From NCBI RefSeq assembly GCF_038025025.1, contig NW_027117338.1, positions 1,674,001 to 1,738,000 on the forward strand: 64,000 bases of DNA. Direction: 5' to 3'. Each line of letters begins with the position of its first letter. Within the stretch, counting starts at the first letter, position 1. Source of the stretch: Phyllosticta citribraziliensis. Taxonomy: Eukaryota. Both the position numbers and the translations under genes were made by a program. The notes under the pieces were generated by a model. That model saw nothing but the letters and a program-made list of their open reading frames with translations, was not told the origin of the DNA and did no database searches. Shown here in pieces: positions 49,052-60,752 of the stretch.

Positions 49052-51927
49052 TCACCGAATAGTGTCCAAACCATGCCTGTCCGCACCATGCAGCTCCTCC
49101 AAAATCTCACTGCCGCCCAGCGCACCCAACGGCTTCGCCTTCCTGCGCTCCTCGCTCCACACCTCATGAAACTTGATGCTGGTGTCGCTCGTGGCGACAA
49201 CGATGCAGCCCTCGACCTGGGTACGGGACCACCAAGCGCCACCCTCACCGCGGGTACGCCCGTCATTGGGACCGCCGGGATACGCTATGGCGAAGAGGGC
49301 ACGGTGGTCGTCGGGCCAGGGGACGGCGACGAGCTGTTCGCAGGCCGGCCAGCTGAAGACGGCGACGCGATACGGGTGGTCTGGCTGCGCAAAGCCAAAT
49401 GTCGCGCAGATCTCGCGTCGCGTCGTGCTCCAAATGAGCGACGTCACTTGGGCGCTGCAGTCGATGGTGGCTAGGCATGCGCCGCTGAAGGTGTGGTAAA
49501 AGTGGATGCATCGGTCGTTGGACCCGCCGCCGATGGCTAGCAGACCGCGCTGCCACGGGCAAAAGGCCATGGCTTTGACGGCTGCGTTGAGAGTCCAGCA
49601 ATGCTTTGCGGCTGTTGCGTCAATGTCCGTCACTTGGAAACGATCCTTCATTGCTGCACAAAAGTTGTTGAGCGAACCAAAGAGGCGCTTGGTATCAAAA
49701 AGAAAACACTGATTGTCGTTGCCACCCGAGGCGAAAAATTCACCGTACGGGGACCACGCGAGGCCACATATCTGCTGGGAGTGGACGTTGATTCGGGCAA
49801 GCAGGGTCATTGCACCTGGCCAATTGAAAAGGTCTCGAGAGGTGACGTCGGGCCATTCCACAGAAAAGAGATAGACGTGACCTTCTTCATCGCCAACCAA
49901 GAGCGTCTCCGTACTGGCCACCAAAGCCGGGTCCCGAATCGAGGATTGCTTGACTGTGTTTGGACTGAAGGAGAGACATGATATGGGAGCTGGTTGCCGA
50001 GCTTTGAATCGAGGTTCTTCGTCAAACAGACTCCACAGGCAAACGGAGCCGTCAGCGCGACCAATGGCCAGTATGGCTTGGCCGCCATCGCTGGACGAGA
50101 AAGATAAAGAGGTCACATGTGCTGTGTAACTTGCGTTGATACTTTCAGGTGTGCCCACACCTCGTGTCTCGGACCACAAGTAGACGCTGTGGGCAAGACC
50201 GACGGCAAGACAGTTAGCCGTGCGCGAGTAAGCAAGTACGGTGCAGTAAAAGTCATCCCGGAGTCGCGGCGCATCGAGTACTGTGCATGATGTCAGCAGA
50301 AGGTGTCGCGCGTAAGAGGCCAACGTATCTGAAGGGGATGGTTGGAACAGGTCTTCTTTCTCGTGATGACTTCTTTGGGTCTGTTGCTTGTCAGCATATT
50401 TAAGCAAATTGTGATGATAGCAAGGGAACGACTTGTAGTGCATCCTTCTCTGATCCACTGGCTGTTTATCCAGGACGGAGCGCGAGAAGTATTCTCGCCC
50501 GGAGGAATTCCTGGCTTGTCAAAAGATCCAAGCACACGGCTAGACGTATCTATATCCATTGCATGCGCCAGCCGGCGCTCATGCTCCTCCTGAGCACTCT
50601 CAGAGTCGACCTGGGTGAGGAACATGGTCGTATGCAACGGAGCGTTGGTCCCGCTGCTCAGCATGCCCCCTCTGCCATCGGGTATGCCAGGTACACTGTC
50701 CGTGACTATGGCAGATCCGCCGACATTCCACACTGCTCCGTTGCTGACCTCACGACTGCCATGTCGAGGAGCTAGAATACCTTCCGGGCTGGGTGAGCTT
50801 GGGCCGATTCCAGCAGGTCGAACAGCACCTTGGAGGTTCTGGTACGATTGGATCCTTGTGCTGCGTGGAACGTGTTGGCCAAAAGGATCAAACTCAGGAT
50901 GTCGTTGGCGTGTGAATTTCTCGACCTCAGACAAGTTTTCCGCCGGCGTGCTCAATCGCAATGTCTCCCTGGAGGTTGTGGGTGATTTCCGCGGAGGAAT
51001 AAATCTGTCCAAGCACCTGCTTGCGATACGTTCTCGCACATGAGAGCCACTGGGGAAAGATCCTCTCCGCATTTTGAAAATCGAGCCACGGTCTCGAAGC
51101 GCAAGCGGCGACAGAATACTCGCTTTACGTTCTTGCTGCGGGAACGGATACGCGTCAGCCGCCTGAGTTGCCGGGATGAGAGGCGTTGGTGTTTCCAGCA
51201 TATCACGACCAGGACTTGGAAATGCAACGTTGACCGGATTGGTGAGATCAATGGACATCGCGTGCCTTCGAGCCGTATCGTCCGAGCTTCCACCAGGTAC
51301 AGAGGTGGCATCTGGAAGCCTAATGTCTCCATCGGCATCTTTGACCTGACAAATGTCGTTCTCATCCAAAGAGAGTTTCAATAGCCCACCAGAGATGGAT
51401 TCGTCGGCGGGAGAGGCATCAGGCATGTCCACATCTTCATCCATGCCATCGATCTGTGTGAGGACATCAGAAGGAGCCAGAAAGTTGTTGTTCTCGTATG
51501 ATTTGGATGGGCAAACTTGTCCTCTCAGAGCCCATTTTGGAGGCTGAGAACTGTCGGACAGTCGTCGCTAACGGCGTATCGAGCTCCCTTGATTCTGATA
51601 TGTTGGGTTGAGAGAAAAGGTGCTGGCCAAGTCGAAGACCGGCTTCGGAGGACTGCTCGGAGGAGTCAACAGGTGCCCCTTCACAGGTTCCGATCTAGTA
51701 TTTTTATGATTTCCAAATTGAACACGCTTTGAAGAGTCCGAACTGCTTGCGGGGTATCCTTGGCTGTACGAATGGATGGATTTTGGTGGAGTCGGCGGCG
51801 GGGTAAGAGTTGGGATGTTGGAAAAGTCTAAGCCGCTGCCGGCCTTTGGCAAAACAGAGTGATCAGCATAGCGAGACTTTTCCAATCCGGTAAGAAATCT
51901 GGGCGAGTCCTTCTTTGCGGGCTCCAT
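49052..51927 (-). CDS. AMA1: Meiosis-type APC/C activator Ama1 (Cdc20/Fizzy WD40 family) with in-frame TAG and AT-AC intron
   Basis: C-box DRFIP, PFR|VLDAPRLRDDFY, HSQQICGLAWS, ASGGNDN, AAVKAMAFCPWQ, GGGSNDRCIHF, QVTSLIWS, C-terminal IR tail. Upstream ORF 51568-51927 is in frame with 50293-51444 across a single TAG. Introns 50381-50432 and 50283-50328. Confidence 0.88.
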
Positions 51928-52428
51928 GTTGACGCTGACTGTTGGGCGGAAAAGCGCGAGGCGCGAACGAGGACAAAAGTTGGGAGGACGTAGTTTTGAT
52001 TGAGGTCAACGCGACAAGGTACCAGCCCGCTGTGGAACACGCTGGGACGCAGGACGAAGACAGTGGAATCTAGACAAACGCGTCCAGGGGAAAGAAAATC
52101 CGCGACGAGTGCCGTCCTGATGGGGAATTGAGCGAAGAGCGAGGACAGCGGCTGGAGGTAATAGCAATGATTTGGCCAGGGACAAAGAGATGCAACGTCT
52201 GGCGTGAAACCTGCTCGTTAGTAAAATATCGGCGACCCTGAGGCTGCTGGAGAGGAAAGGTCAAGGAGGTTGCAGGTCATCGGGTGACGTTTGGGTAGCG
52301 GTCCGGGTACGATTTCCGATGACGAAACCGGAGAGCGCGCTAGACACCCAGACCCTGCCACCGAAGCTTACCTCCTCCACAACAACAACTCCAGCCCTTT
52401 CTCAGCCCAGCCCGCCCAGGAAGTTGAA

Positions 52429-53642
52429 ATGGCCAGCGTGCGTCGAACTTGCCCTTCTACGCCACACCAGCAAGTTCTAACGAGACCAGCATGGCGTTCC
52501 GCGCACGGCGGCGGCGGCTGAGCGCACCGAGCGCACGGAACAGGCGAGGCAAAAGGAGCGCCAGCAGATTGAGCAATACAAAGGACTGGTCGCGCTGGTG
52601 AATGCAAAGGTTCAAGACGCTGTCCGTTCTCCAATAAAGGCAAGCTGACGCGGTCTCTCAGGTCGCCGATAAGCAGTACACAGAAGAAGCTCTTGCCCTT
52701 ACGTCGAAGCTACTTTCGCAAAACCCCGAATACTACACCGTCTGGAACCATCGTCGCGTAATCCTACAAGACATATTTCGAAATGCACAGGGAAAGGAGG
52801 CCGTTGAATCTGAGGGTCTATCCACGGCCCAGCAAACAATTCTGGGGTACATTGCCGACGACCTGCGATTTACCATACCGCTTTTGATGAAGTTTCCCAA
52901 GTGCTACTGGATATGGAATCACCGGCAATGGCTGCTGCAACAATCCACGGAGCTTCTGCCACAGTCCCAAGCACGAGGTCTGTGGCAAGAAGAGCTTGGT
53001 CTTGTCGGCAAGATGCTGAGTCGCGACAGTCGAAACTTTCACGGCTGGAGCTACCGGAGATTTGTAGTCGCGCGCCTGGAAGCACTACCCTCGGAGGACG
53101 GGCAGAAGACCAGCATGACCGAGCCAGAGTTTGAGTACACGACCAAGATGATCAACACCAACCTGTCGAATTTCTCGGCCTGGCACAATCGCACCAAGTT
53201 GATACCGCGGCTGCTCGACGAGCGCAGCGCAGACGAGGAGACGCGACGCAAATTTCTCAAGGCGGAATTCGAATTGATACAAAAGGCCCTGTACACGGAT
53301 CCCTACGACCAATCGTTGTGGTTTTACCATGCCAACCTCATGAGCGCGCTCGATGAGGCGACGCCCCAGAACGCGCGGATAATTTTCAACTTGGATAGAA
53401 ACGTGCGGCAGGAGTTTGTAGAAGAAGAATTGGAGAGCATCAAGGACATGCTTGATGGGGCTGAGGACTGCAAATGGATCTACCGAGCACTATTGGACAC
53501 GGCCGTCGCGCTCAAACAACTGAGAGAAGGAAACAACGTCGAATTGGATGAGGAGATGGCAGAATGGCTTTCGGAATTGAGGAAACTCGATCCGCTCCGC
53601 TCTGGACGATGGGATGATCTGAGTAAGAAGCTGAAGCTGTGA
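52429..53642 (+). CDS. BET4: Rab geranylgeranyltransferase (type II) alpha subunit, 2 introns
   Basis: MAS|HGVPR, NPEYYTVWNHRR, PKCYWIWNHRQW, DSRNFHGWSYRR, NLSNFSAWHNR, DPYDQSLWFYH, LDPLRSGRW. Confidence 0.95.
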
Positions 53643-53954
53643 TGTATTTCAGCAAATTGGAACTTGAAAGCTTCCCGTTGCGATCGTGTATGTGTTTGCA
53701 TGTTCCCGAGTCTGGCCCAGATGGTACCTTATCATGGGTCACTGTGCTCAAGATGCGACGCAGCTTACTTCGTGGGCTAATTTCAACCGCAAAACATTCA
53801 TCGATTAGTTAAAGAAGCCAACGAACACCTCTTCTGCCATGGAACAAGAAGGCCTTTCTCGAACAAGTTGATGCTCGCCAAAACGACACAAGGAAACAGA
53901 ACATGCCAATGAAAACCGAGCAGCCACTTCAACCATGTCCGTCACCGGTCACAT

Positions 53955-54920
53955 CTACTCCCATCTGCACTGGGATGAAGAAGCATCCCACGGCAAAAAC
54001 GGCGTATCGTAGACTTTTTCCGCCACCACCGCTGCGTATGCCAAATCGTCGACGCACATGTCGCCGCCCGAGGGCCCAATATGAGGACAATGCAGCTCAG
54101 GTCTGAAAGCGACCATGTTCTGGTGCAAGCTGCGACAGAGCAGCGTATTGCGGCCAAGCTCCCAGGCCTCGCCGAAGCGGACATCGTTTATGAGAAAGGC
54201 GCGGCAGGCAAAGTTGCTGTCGTATTGACGGTTTTTGCCGATGCAGTGACGGTCGTGTGTACTGCAGATGGCCGATGCCAGTGTGTTGCGGAAATATTTG
54301 ATGGCGTCCTTCATGGAGTTTTTGTTGATGCGAGGCAGGACCGCTCTCAGCGTCGTTTCCAGCAGCGGCGCGAAGAACCGATACGTTGCGTCGTACTCGG
54401 CGATGAGTCCGTCCTTGTCAAATTGGATCCAGGTGAGGATTTCAATCGGGAAGGAGCCGAGCAGCGAGTTAGTGAAATTGACAATGGTCGAAGCGCTCGC
54501 AATGTCGCGGTTGGCGGTGAAGGACTGGATGTGATAGTCTGTCGGGTAGCCGAAAATCGATGGGTTGACGCTATTGTTGGCGGCTTCGGTCTTGACATTG
54601 GCGAACAACCCAAACAGATACTCGGTGTTGAGCTCCTGTCCGCTGAATTTGCGCGTGATGTCGACTCTTCCCTGGATGTTTGGCGACAGGAGATGGCTTT
54701 TGATCGATTGGGCCTCTTTTTCTGCATCGTATGTGAAGGTGTGCCAGAAGCGATCTTGAAGGAAATAGAGTCTGGAATAATTGAACTCATGTCTGCCGTC
54801 TACGTCGAGAGTAGTAATCGTCCTGCATGGTGGCTTCGGCAAAGACGTTGAGAGTGATGCTCCGCATAGTTGTAGGCAGCTCAGAGCTGTCAAGGCGATG
54901 CTGGCGAATAAGAGATGCAT
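53955..54920 (-). CDS. Secreted fungal protein with Cys/His-rich C-terminus, function unknown
   Basis: Signal peptide MHLLFASIALTALSCLQLCGA. GRVDITRKFSGQELNTEYLFGLF and LLCRSLHQNMV..PELHCPHIGPSGGDMC. Intronless. Confidence 0.85.
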   Translation of the reverse strand: MHLLFASIALTALSCLQLCGASLSTSLPKPPCRTITTLDVDGRHEFNYSRLYFLQDRFWHTFTYDAEKEAQSIKSHLLSPNIQGRVDITRKFSGQELNTEYLFGLFANVKTEAANNSVNPSIFGYPTDYHIQSFTANRDIASASTIVNFTNSLLGSFPIEILTWIQFDKDGLIAEYDATYRFFAPLLETTLRAVLPRINKNSMKDAIKYFRNTLASAICSTHDRHCIGKNRQYDSNFACRAFLINDVRFGEAWELGRNTLLCRSLHQNMVAFRPELHCPHIGPSGGDMCVDDLAYAAVVAEKVYDTPFLPWDASSSQCRWE

Positions 54921-56084
54921 GACTGCTAATATGGGGAGTGTGTGGAGGTATTCAGATTTACTGTCGTAGAGATGAAGCACCGGATGTCGAATGCTGAGCA
55001 GTTGAAGAGGGAACTTGACTTGACGGATGGAAACTATATGGGTTGGTCTCAACGAGCAAGAGATGGCCGGGGAAAGAACAACCTCATGACACCAGACGAC
55101 ACTGCACTCGATCCGGCCAGGGTAGGGGCACATTGACGGTGGAACCTGGGACGATACCGACTGCGACTTCCTTGCCGATTCGACTCTCTTGAGTGATCCA
55201 CATCTCCACTCGCAGTTGACAATGAAGTTGTGAGACGCCGCACCAAGTGGCTCAGAAAATCGACTGGTAACAATTTACAACCCTTTGAACCAAAGAGCTT
55301 GCGATTTGTATTGCGAGATACAGACAGAGCAGCGAATCAATGTGCGAAACGGGGTCTCCGATAATTCATTTCCAATTCGCTTTCCACAGCAACAGAGCAG
55401 GACTTCCAATAGTCTGTCGTGACCGCAAAGAGCCGCGGCAGATCGCCATGATTGCCATTCGCGTATCTTGTTTCGTTCGGGAGGCAAACCGCATGCATAA
55501 TTCAACTCGCCATTGAGTGGGACACGGGATTCCAGCCGACTGGAGTTCAGCTGGGCCAGGAAATGGCACATGGGCCAGAACCATTAGTTTGGGATTCCAG
55601 GTCGCACAGGGGATGCATATAGATGGGTACCTGGGAAATTTCTGGAGACGGCATCCATGCGAGGGACTATTTTTACAGTCAAGCTGACGATTTGATAAAA
55701 CATTGGATGAAAAGCGAGAGCTATGAAAAGGTGTGCAGTTTTTGAGAGCTTTTCATCGAAGAGATCTCATGAAGGAGGGCGGAAAAGACAATGATGGGCT
55801 AGATCCAGAAAGATCCAGCAAACGTCGGCCTTTCAAACTGGCGACCCAGCCAAAGAGAATTTGAGATAAGAGATGCAGAAGAGAAACTGCCTCTTTTGGC
55901 AATCGGGGGCTCGCCAACGCTCGGCTCCTGCAACAGCGGCACGAATCGCACGCTGACGTTCGTGGACGCCTCTCCTCTCCACACACGCAGCCAGTCTCAA
56001 GACCAGCGATCCGGAAGCTCTTGACCGACATGCCGCGTACCTCGATCTGCCAGATTCACGACGTCTCTTACAGCCCTCGTAGGC

Positions 56085-56501
56085 TTACGCAAACAGCTTG
56101 CCCTCGCGTGCCTGATGAGCCAGTTCGTGGAGGGCCGCAAGCGCTTCGTCCTCGCGGCCATCGGGCACAAAGCAATGGTCGTGGTAATAGCCACTGACAG
56201 GGTTGACCGGAATGCCGAACTCCTTGAGTCGTGACGCGACAACGGCCATGAATCCGACTGCCTCGAGGCTCGAATGAACGTCGAGGGTGATTCTGCGACA
56301 GGGAAAGGTGTAGGTCAGGCCGTTGTCGAGGGCGGCCTGGCGCTCCGCAATTACAGTCAGACCCTCGGCCTCCCGAAACGTCATGAGCGGGTCAAGAGCA
56401 GCGGGGAGCTTGGTGGAGGGCGGCAGGGTGAGAAAGACGTAGGAGAGAGGGTCTAGCACCGGGCTGAGGGAGCGGACGAGGAGTTGCAGAGCAGTGGCCA
56501 T
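56085..56501 (-). CDS. ACT-domain protein (DUF2241-like)
   Basis: LSPVLD..YVF, MTFREAEGLTVI, RITLDVHSSLEAVGFMA, NPVSGYYHDHCFVP. Intronless. Confidence 0.88.
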   Translation of the reverse strand: MATALQLLVRSLSPVLDPLSYVFLTLPPSTKLPAALDPLMTFREAEGLTVIAERQAALDNGLTYTFPCRRITLDVHSSLEAVGFMAVVASRLKEFGIPVNPVSGYYHDHCFVPDGREDEALAALHELAHQAREGKLFA

Positions 56502-57234
56502 GGTAAATTTGATGAGAGGTGTGTGTTTCAGGAGTCAGGACCGCGTAGGCGACGGGGATTGAGGATCCATGCAACCTAACGGGACGGCGGGTGGGTGCTG
56601 CCGACCGAAGCTGTGGTTTTGGCGTCTGGTTTGGGACTCTACTCCCGCTCCACGCCCGCTCCACGCACCGGACACACTGCAGACGGTGGATCGTACGGCC
56701 TACCATCGTCGTATCTTTGCTTCCTTGCACCGAACCGAGTCCATCACCGTTGCAAACGGCCAGCCACATGGCAGCTCACTGTCCCTCCGTCGTAAGGCTG
56801 ACTTTTCATCGCGTACTACACTGCCGCTGTGCCTGTGTCTCACTGCTGCGTTCGCGTGTTACTTAAGTTCTTGCACGTTCCCTTTTCTTGAAAGCCGTTG
56901 CTCGTGCGTGATGGCCATGTCTCATCATTTAATGTATTCAATTCGTGTGCCTTGAATCGCTTTTTTCCGCCTGCTTTCCCCTTGACGCTGTTCATGTCCT
57001 TTTACGACTGCTCCTCACCTCTCTCTCGGATCGACTCTCTCAAAATCTACGGCAATTCGCGCTCCTCGTCTTCATTTCCTACCTCCTCCTCCTCCTCTTC
57101 CTTACGACTCACGTGAACGACGACAGGGACTCTGTATCCGACGGCCTCTGTTCGATCCCTTCGATCCCTATCAGGGGAGAGGGCGACCGAGATCCCCAAC
57201 CAGCAGCCGGACTGTCTCTTCACCTTCAACGGCG

Positions 57235-60200
57235 ATGAGTAATCGCAGAACGAGCCTCAGTCTGTTCCCGTCACCTCCGCCGTCGGCCAATCGCCGGCCT
57301 CAGCTCACCGCTTCTTCCATGATGCAAGAAGAAACCGGAATTCCCATTCGCCTTGTTAGTCAGCCGCTCGAAGCCCATGATCCGCGGGAGAAGCTGCGCT
57401 CCGTCATCCAAGGCGAGCACGCTGCAACTGAAGAATCCATCTGCCAGCTTCGGAAGCTAGCTGTACGGCTTGTCGTCAGAACACACGTGAAGGAGGTCAA
57501 GACCGCACAGGCGGCGCGCAGCCTTGCGCAGAGCCGTCGGAATGACCACCTTCAAAGCCGCAAACATGAAGGACGCATTGCGCAGCTTCAGGTTACCCTT
57601 GCTCAGTATGAGCGCCGGAATAGGGAACTGCTTCATCATTTGGAATCGAATGATCAGTTTGCTCTACAGCGTACGTCTTTTCCCACCGCTACCAAAACGA
57701 CCAAGATGAGCAATCGACTGGCTTGTCGAGGACTTTTCCGTGCCTCCGATCCTTTTGCTGACGTAGCAAACTGGGACTAGCACAGAACCCACAACTCGCG
57801 CAGTTGAAACCTCACCGTCTCATAGCTGCACGACGCCCATCATCCACAGCCAATGCCACCTCGGCTTCCTCGTCCTTGCATTCTTCGACGCTCCAACGTG
57901 GTGCCAGCTTCACAACTGGCAGTCATTCCGTCAAGAGTCCCGATGGCGCTAGTGACCTACACGAGGTACAGAAGACCAACGACCGTCTTGTCAAGGCCAA
58001 GAAACAATCGGACCACGCTCTCCTTCTCTGTCGCTCTCGAATAGCTTCACTTCAAGAAGAGTATCAACAAAGCCAGAAAAATGCTCGGAACCTGGACGCT
58101 CTGTTGCAAGAGTACAAGTCCAAATCCAAAGCACTGGAAGCCGAGAAGGCAAAGTTGGAAGGCGATCTGCAGACAACACAAGAAAAATTGGCGACGTCGG
58201 CGAAGTCTGAGGAGACAATGCTGATGGACCTCGAAATGCACAAGGCAAAAATCGCGAAGCTCGAAAAGGAGTGTCTACAGAGCCGGCAGCGGATTTCCGT
58301 GCTAGAAGATTCCTGGTCTGGGATTGAAGAGCGGCTCGTGTCCTGCAAACTTCAACTCAAATCTTTGGAAAGAGAAAAGTTCTCTCTTCAACAAGAACTT
58401 TCTACCATCCGCCAAAAGTTCAACGTCTCCGAGGACTCTCAATCCGACCTCCGCGCCGACTTGTCGTCCAAAGACTCTGAGATTGCGTCGATGCGCGAGA
58501 AGCTCCGCCAAACCCAAAAGACGGCAGAGACTTTGCAGTCGACAGCTGCATTCTTTGAGGATGCAGCCAATCAGCTGTCCAACAAGATCGAATCTGCAAG
58601 CGGACCGACTCTCATCCTCGAGAAGCAGCTGCAGGCAACCGAAGCGACCAGGGACGGCATACAAAAAGATCTGGAACAACTTCAGTCGTCCAACAAGCTA
58701 TCAGAAGACGTTCTCAAGGCTGCAATTGAGGCCAAGACGGCGCTCTACTTTCAATTGCACGAAATTGAAGTACAAAAGTCGCGCTTTCAGAACGAGTTCA
58801 TGAATATGCGCTCCAAGATTGAAGTATCTGACATGAACGAGGCAAAGCTGAAGCGACAAGTTGACGACCTCGTCCAATCCCGCCGCAACGTTCAAAACCA
58901 GCTGCGCGAAGCCTTGCGCAAACTCGACGCTGAAGAGCAGAATAATCCCGAGGCTGCCTCCGAGCTAGACAAACTGCGCGCGGCAAAGGTCGATCTGGAG
59001 AATAATCTAAAACAGCTGAAGATGTCCACAGGAAATCTCCGGGAAGAGCTCTCCACGACCAAACGGCGACTCGCCAAGGCCGAGAGAAGCAAAGATCAGC
59101 TCATGGCGCAATTCGAAGAGAGTCAAAAGAACAACACCAATCTCCTGTCCGACGTTCAGCAACTGAAGCGTGAAAAGGCTATCGCCGAGTCCGAACTGGA
59201 TACGGCTCTCAAGGGACGGGCCAGCCTCGAATCAAACGCGCGTTCAAGCAAGACAAAGTTGCTTGTGGCAGAAACAAACGAAGTTAATCTGCAAGCGAAG
59301 TTGAGCGCCGCCGAGCAAGAAGTGGAGAACCTGCGCCGAGTCATGCGAGAAGCCATGCGCGCCGAAGGCTCGCTCGAGGCGAGAATTGCCGTTGCCGAGG
59401 ACGAATTGGCCGATTTGAGAAAAGCCAACGAGGAGTTGGAGTCTCTGCTTGGCGAAGCAGAAAATGGCATGGAGGCGGCAGAACGCACGGCCGAACAGAC
59501 CGGGATGAAGCTCCTTGATGCAAGCGCTCGACTCGAAACGGCAGAGGGCGATCGGGACGAGTACCGCCGCAAGTTATCGTCGACCGAGGACCATCTCCGA
59601 CAGCTGCAGCAGGATCAAGAGGAAAAATCAAGTCTCAACTACGACACGCCACCTGTGGAGACACCGGTGACCGAAGGCGCCAGCAGCCAAGGATTCAGCT
59701 TCGTCGAGCAGCCAGCCATCAAAATCGAGGATGTGAGCAGCTTGGAGAGGGCGAGCGGCGAATTCGAGGAAGAACTTTCGAGGCTCGAGAATGAGCTTCT
59801 GATCTTGCGAGAAAACAAGAGGACTTTTCATCGCATGGTCAAGAGGCTCAGGAAACAGGGAGAAGCTCTCCAAATTCTCGACGAGTGGTGCTCTGCTCCG
59901 ATCCCCGAAGCCGAAAAGACTCTCCCTCCATTTCCTCCAATGGACTTTGATGGTCGCAGGACGCCATCGTCCCAAAATTCCCGCACGTCGACCGAATTGG
60001 AGCTCAGCGACTGGGCCAGGGAATTTGAGCGCGTGAGAATGTTCAGAGATGATAACATTGTGCAGCTCGAGGGGCTGAAAAGGTCCCATAGCACGCTCAA
60101 GAAAGGTTTCCTCCAGATCAACGAGGCGGATTTCCAGCGGCGGCAAACTCAGACCCAGTCAAAGTAAGTTGACCACGCCATGCCACTGCAAAAAAGCACC

Positions 60201-60752
60201 TGACTCACATGCTCCATCAGACCACAACGACGAGGCATCTTCCGTATTTTTCAATGGAGCGCGTCGCACAAGTCCACGCCGTGGCACAAGCGCAAAATGC
60301 AACCCAAGCCGCTTCCACCGACGCCTTCTCCACCGACGGAGTCGAGCGGGCCATCATCGACAGGTCCGAAGGTTGGGGCTCTCCGGCGCTCCACCTTTGC
60401 TTCAAGGGAGTACGGCCGCGATTCCTATGTGGCGCAGAAGGACGCCGAGCTAATATTCGATGTGGAAACGCGAACCTGGCAAACGCCCGGTATCACAGAG
60501 TCCTTGATGCCCATCTCGAAGACGCCGTCGCCCATTACTCGCAATGATTACAGCTCGCTGACGCGCACCATTTCGACGGACCCGGGCACATCCCACAAGC
60601 CACCCTCGCGCCGCAGCCATCCCGTCCAGTTTAGCCGCCCTGCGACTGCCCAGAGCAGCAACCGGGACAGTGATAGCGGTGTCAGTCTCAGTACGGGTGC
60701 CGAGGAGAAGAAGACGTGGACCAGCTCGTTGAAAAGGAGGATCGGGCTGTGA
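57235..60752 (+). CDS. Long coiled-coil protein of unknown function, 2 introns (5' end uncertain)
   Basis: ORFs 57235-57780, 57804-60167 and 60297-60752 join through GTACGT..TAG and GTAAGT..CAG introns. About 600 aa of E/K/L/Q-rich heptads. Confidence 0.82.

Noticed and set aside
56085..56501. Recent bacterial transfer of the intronless ACT-domain gene
   Set aside because: The family occurs widely in fungi and composition looks native; it would need a phylogeny.
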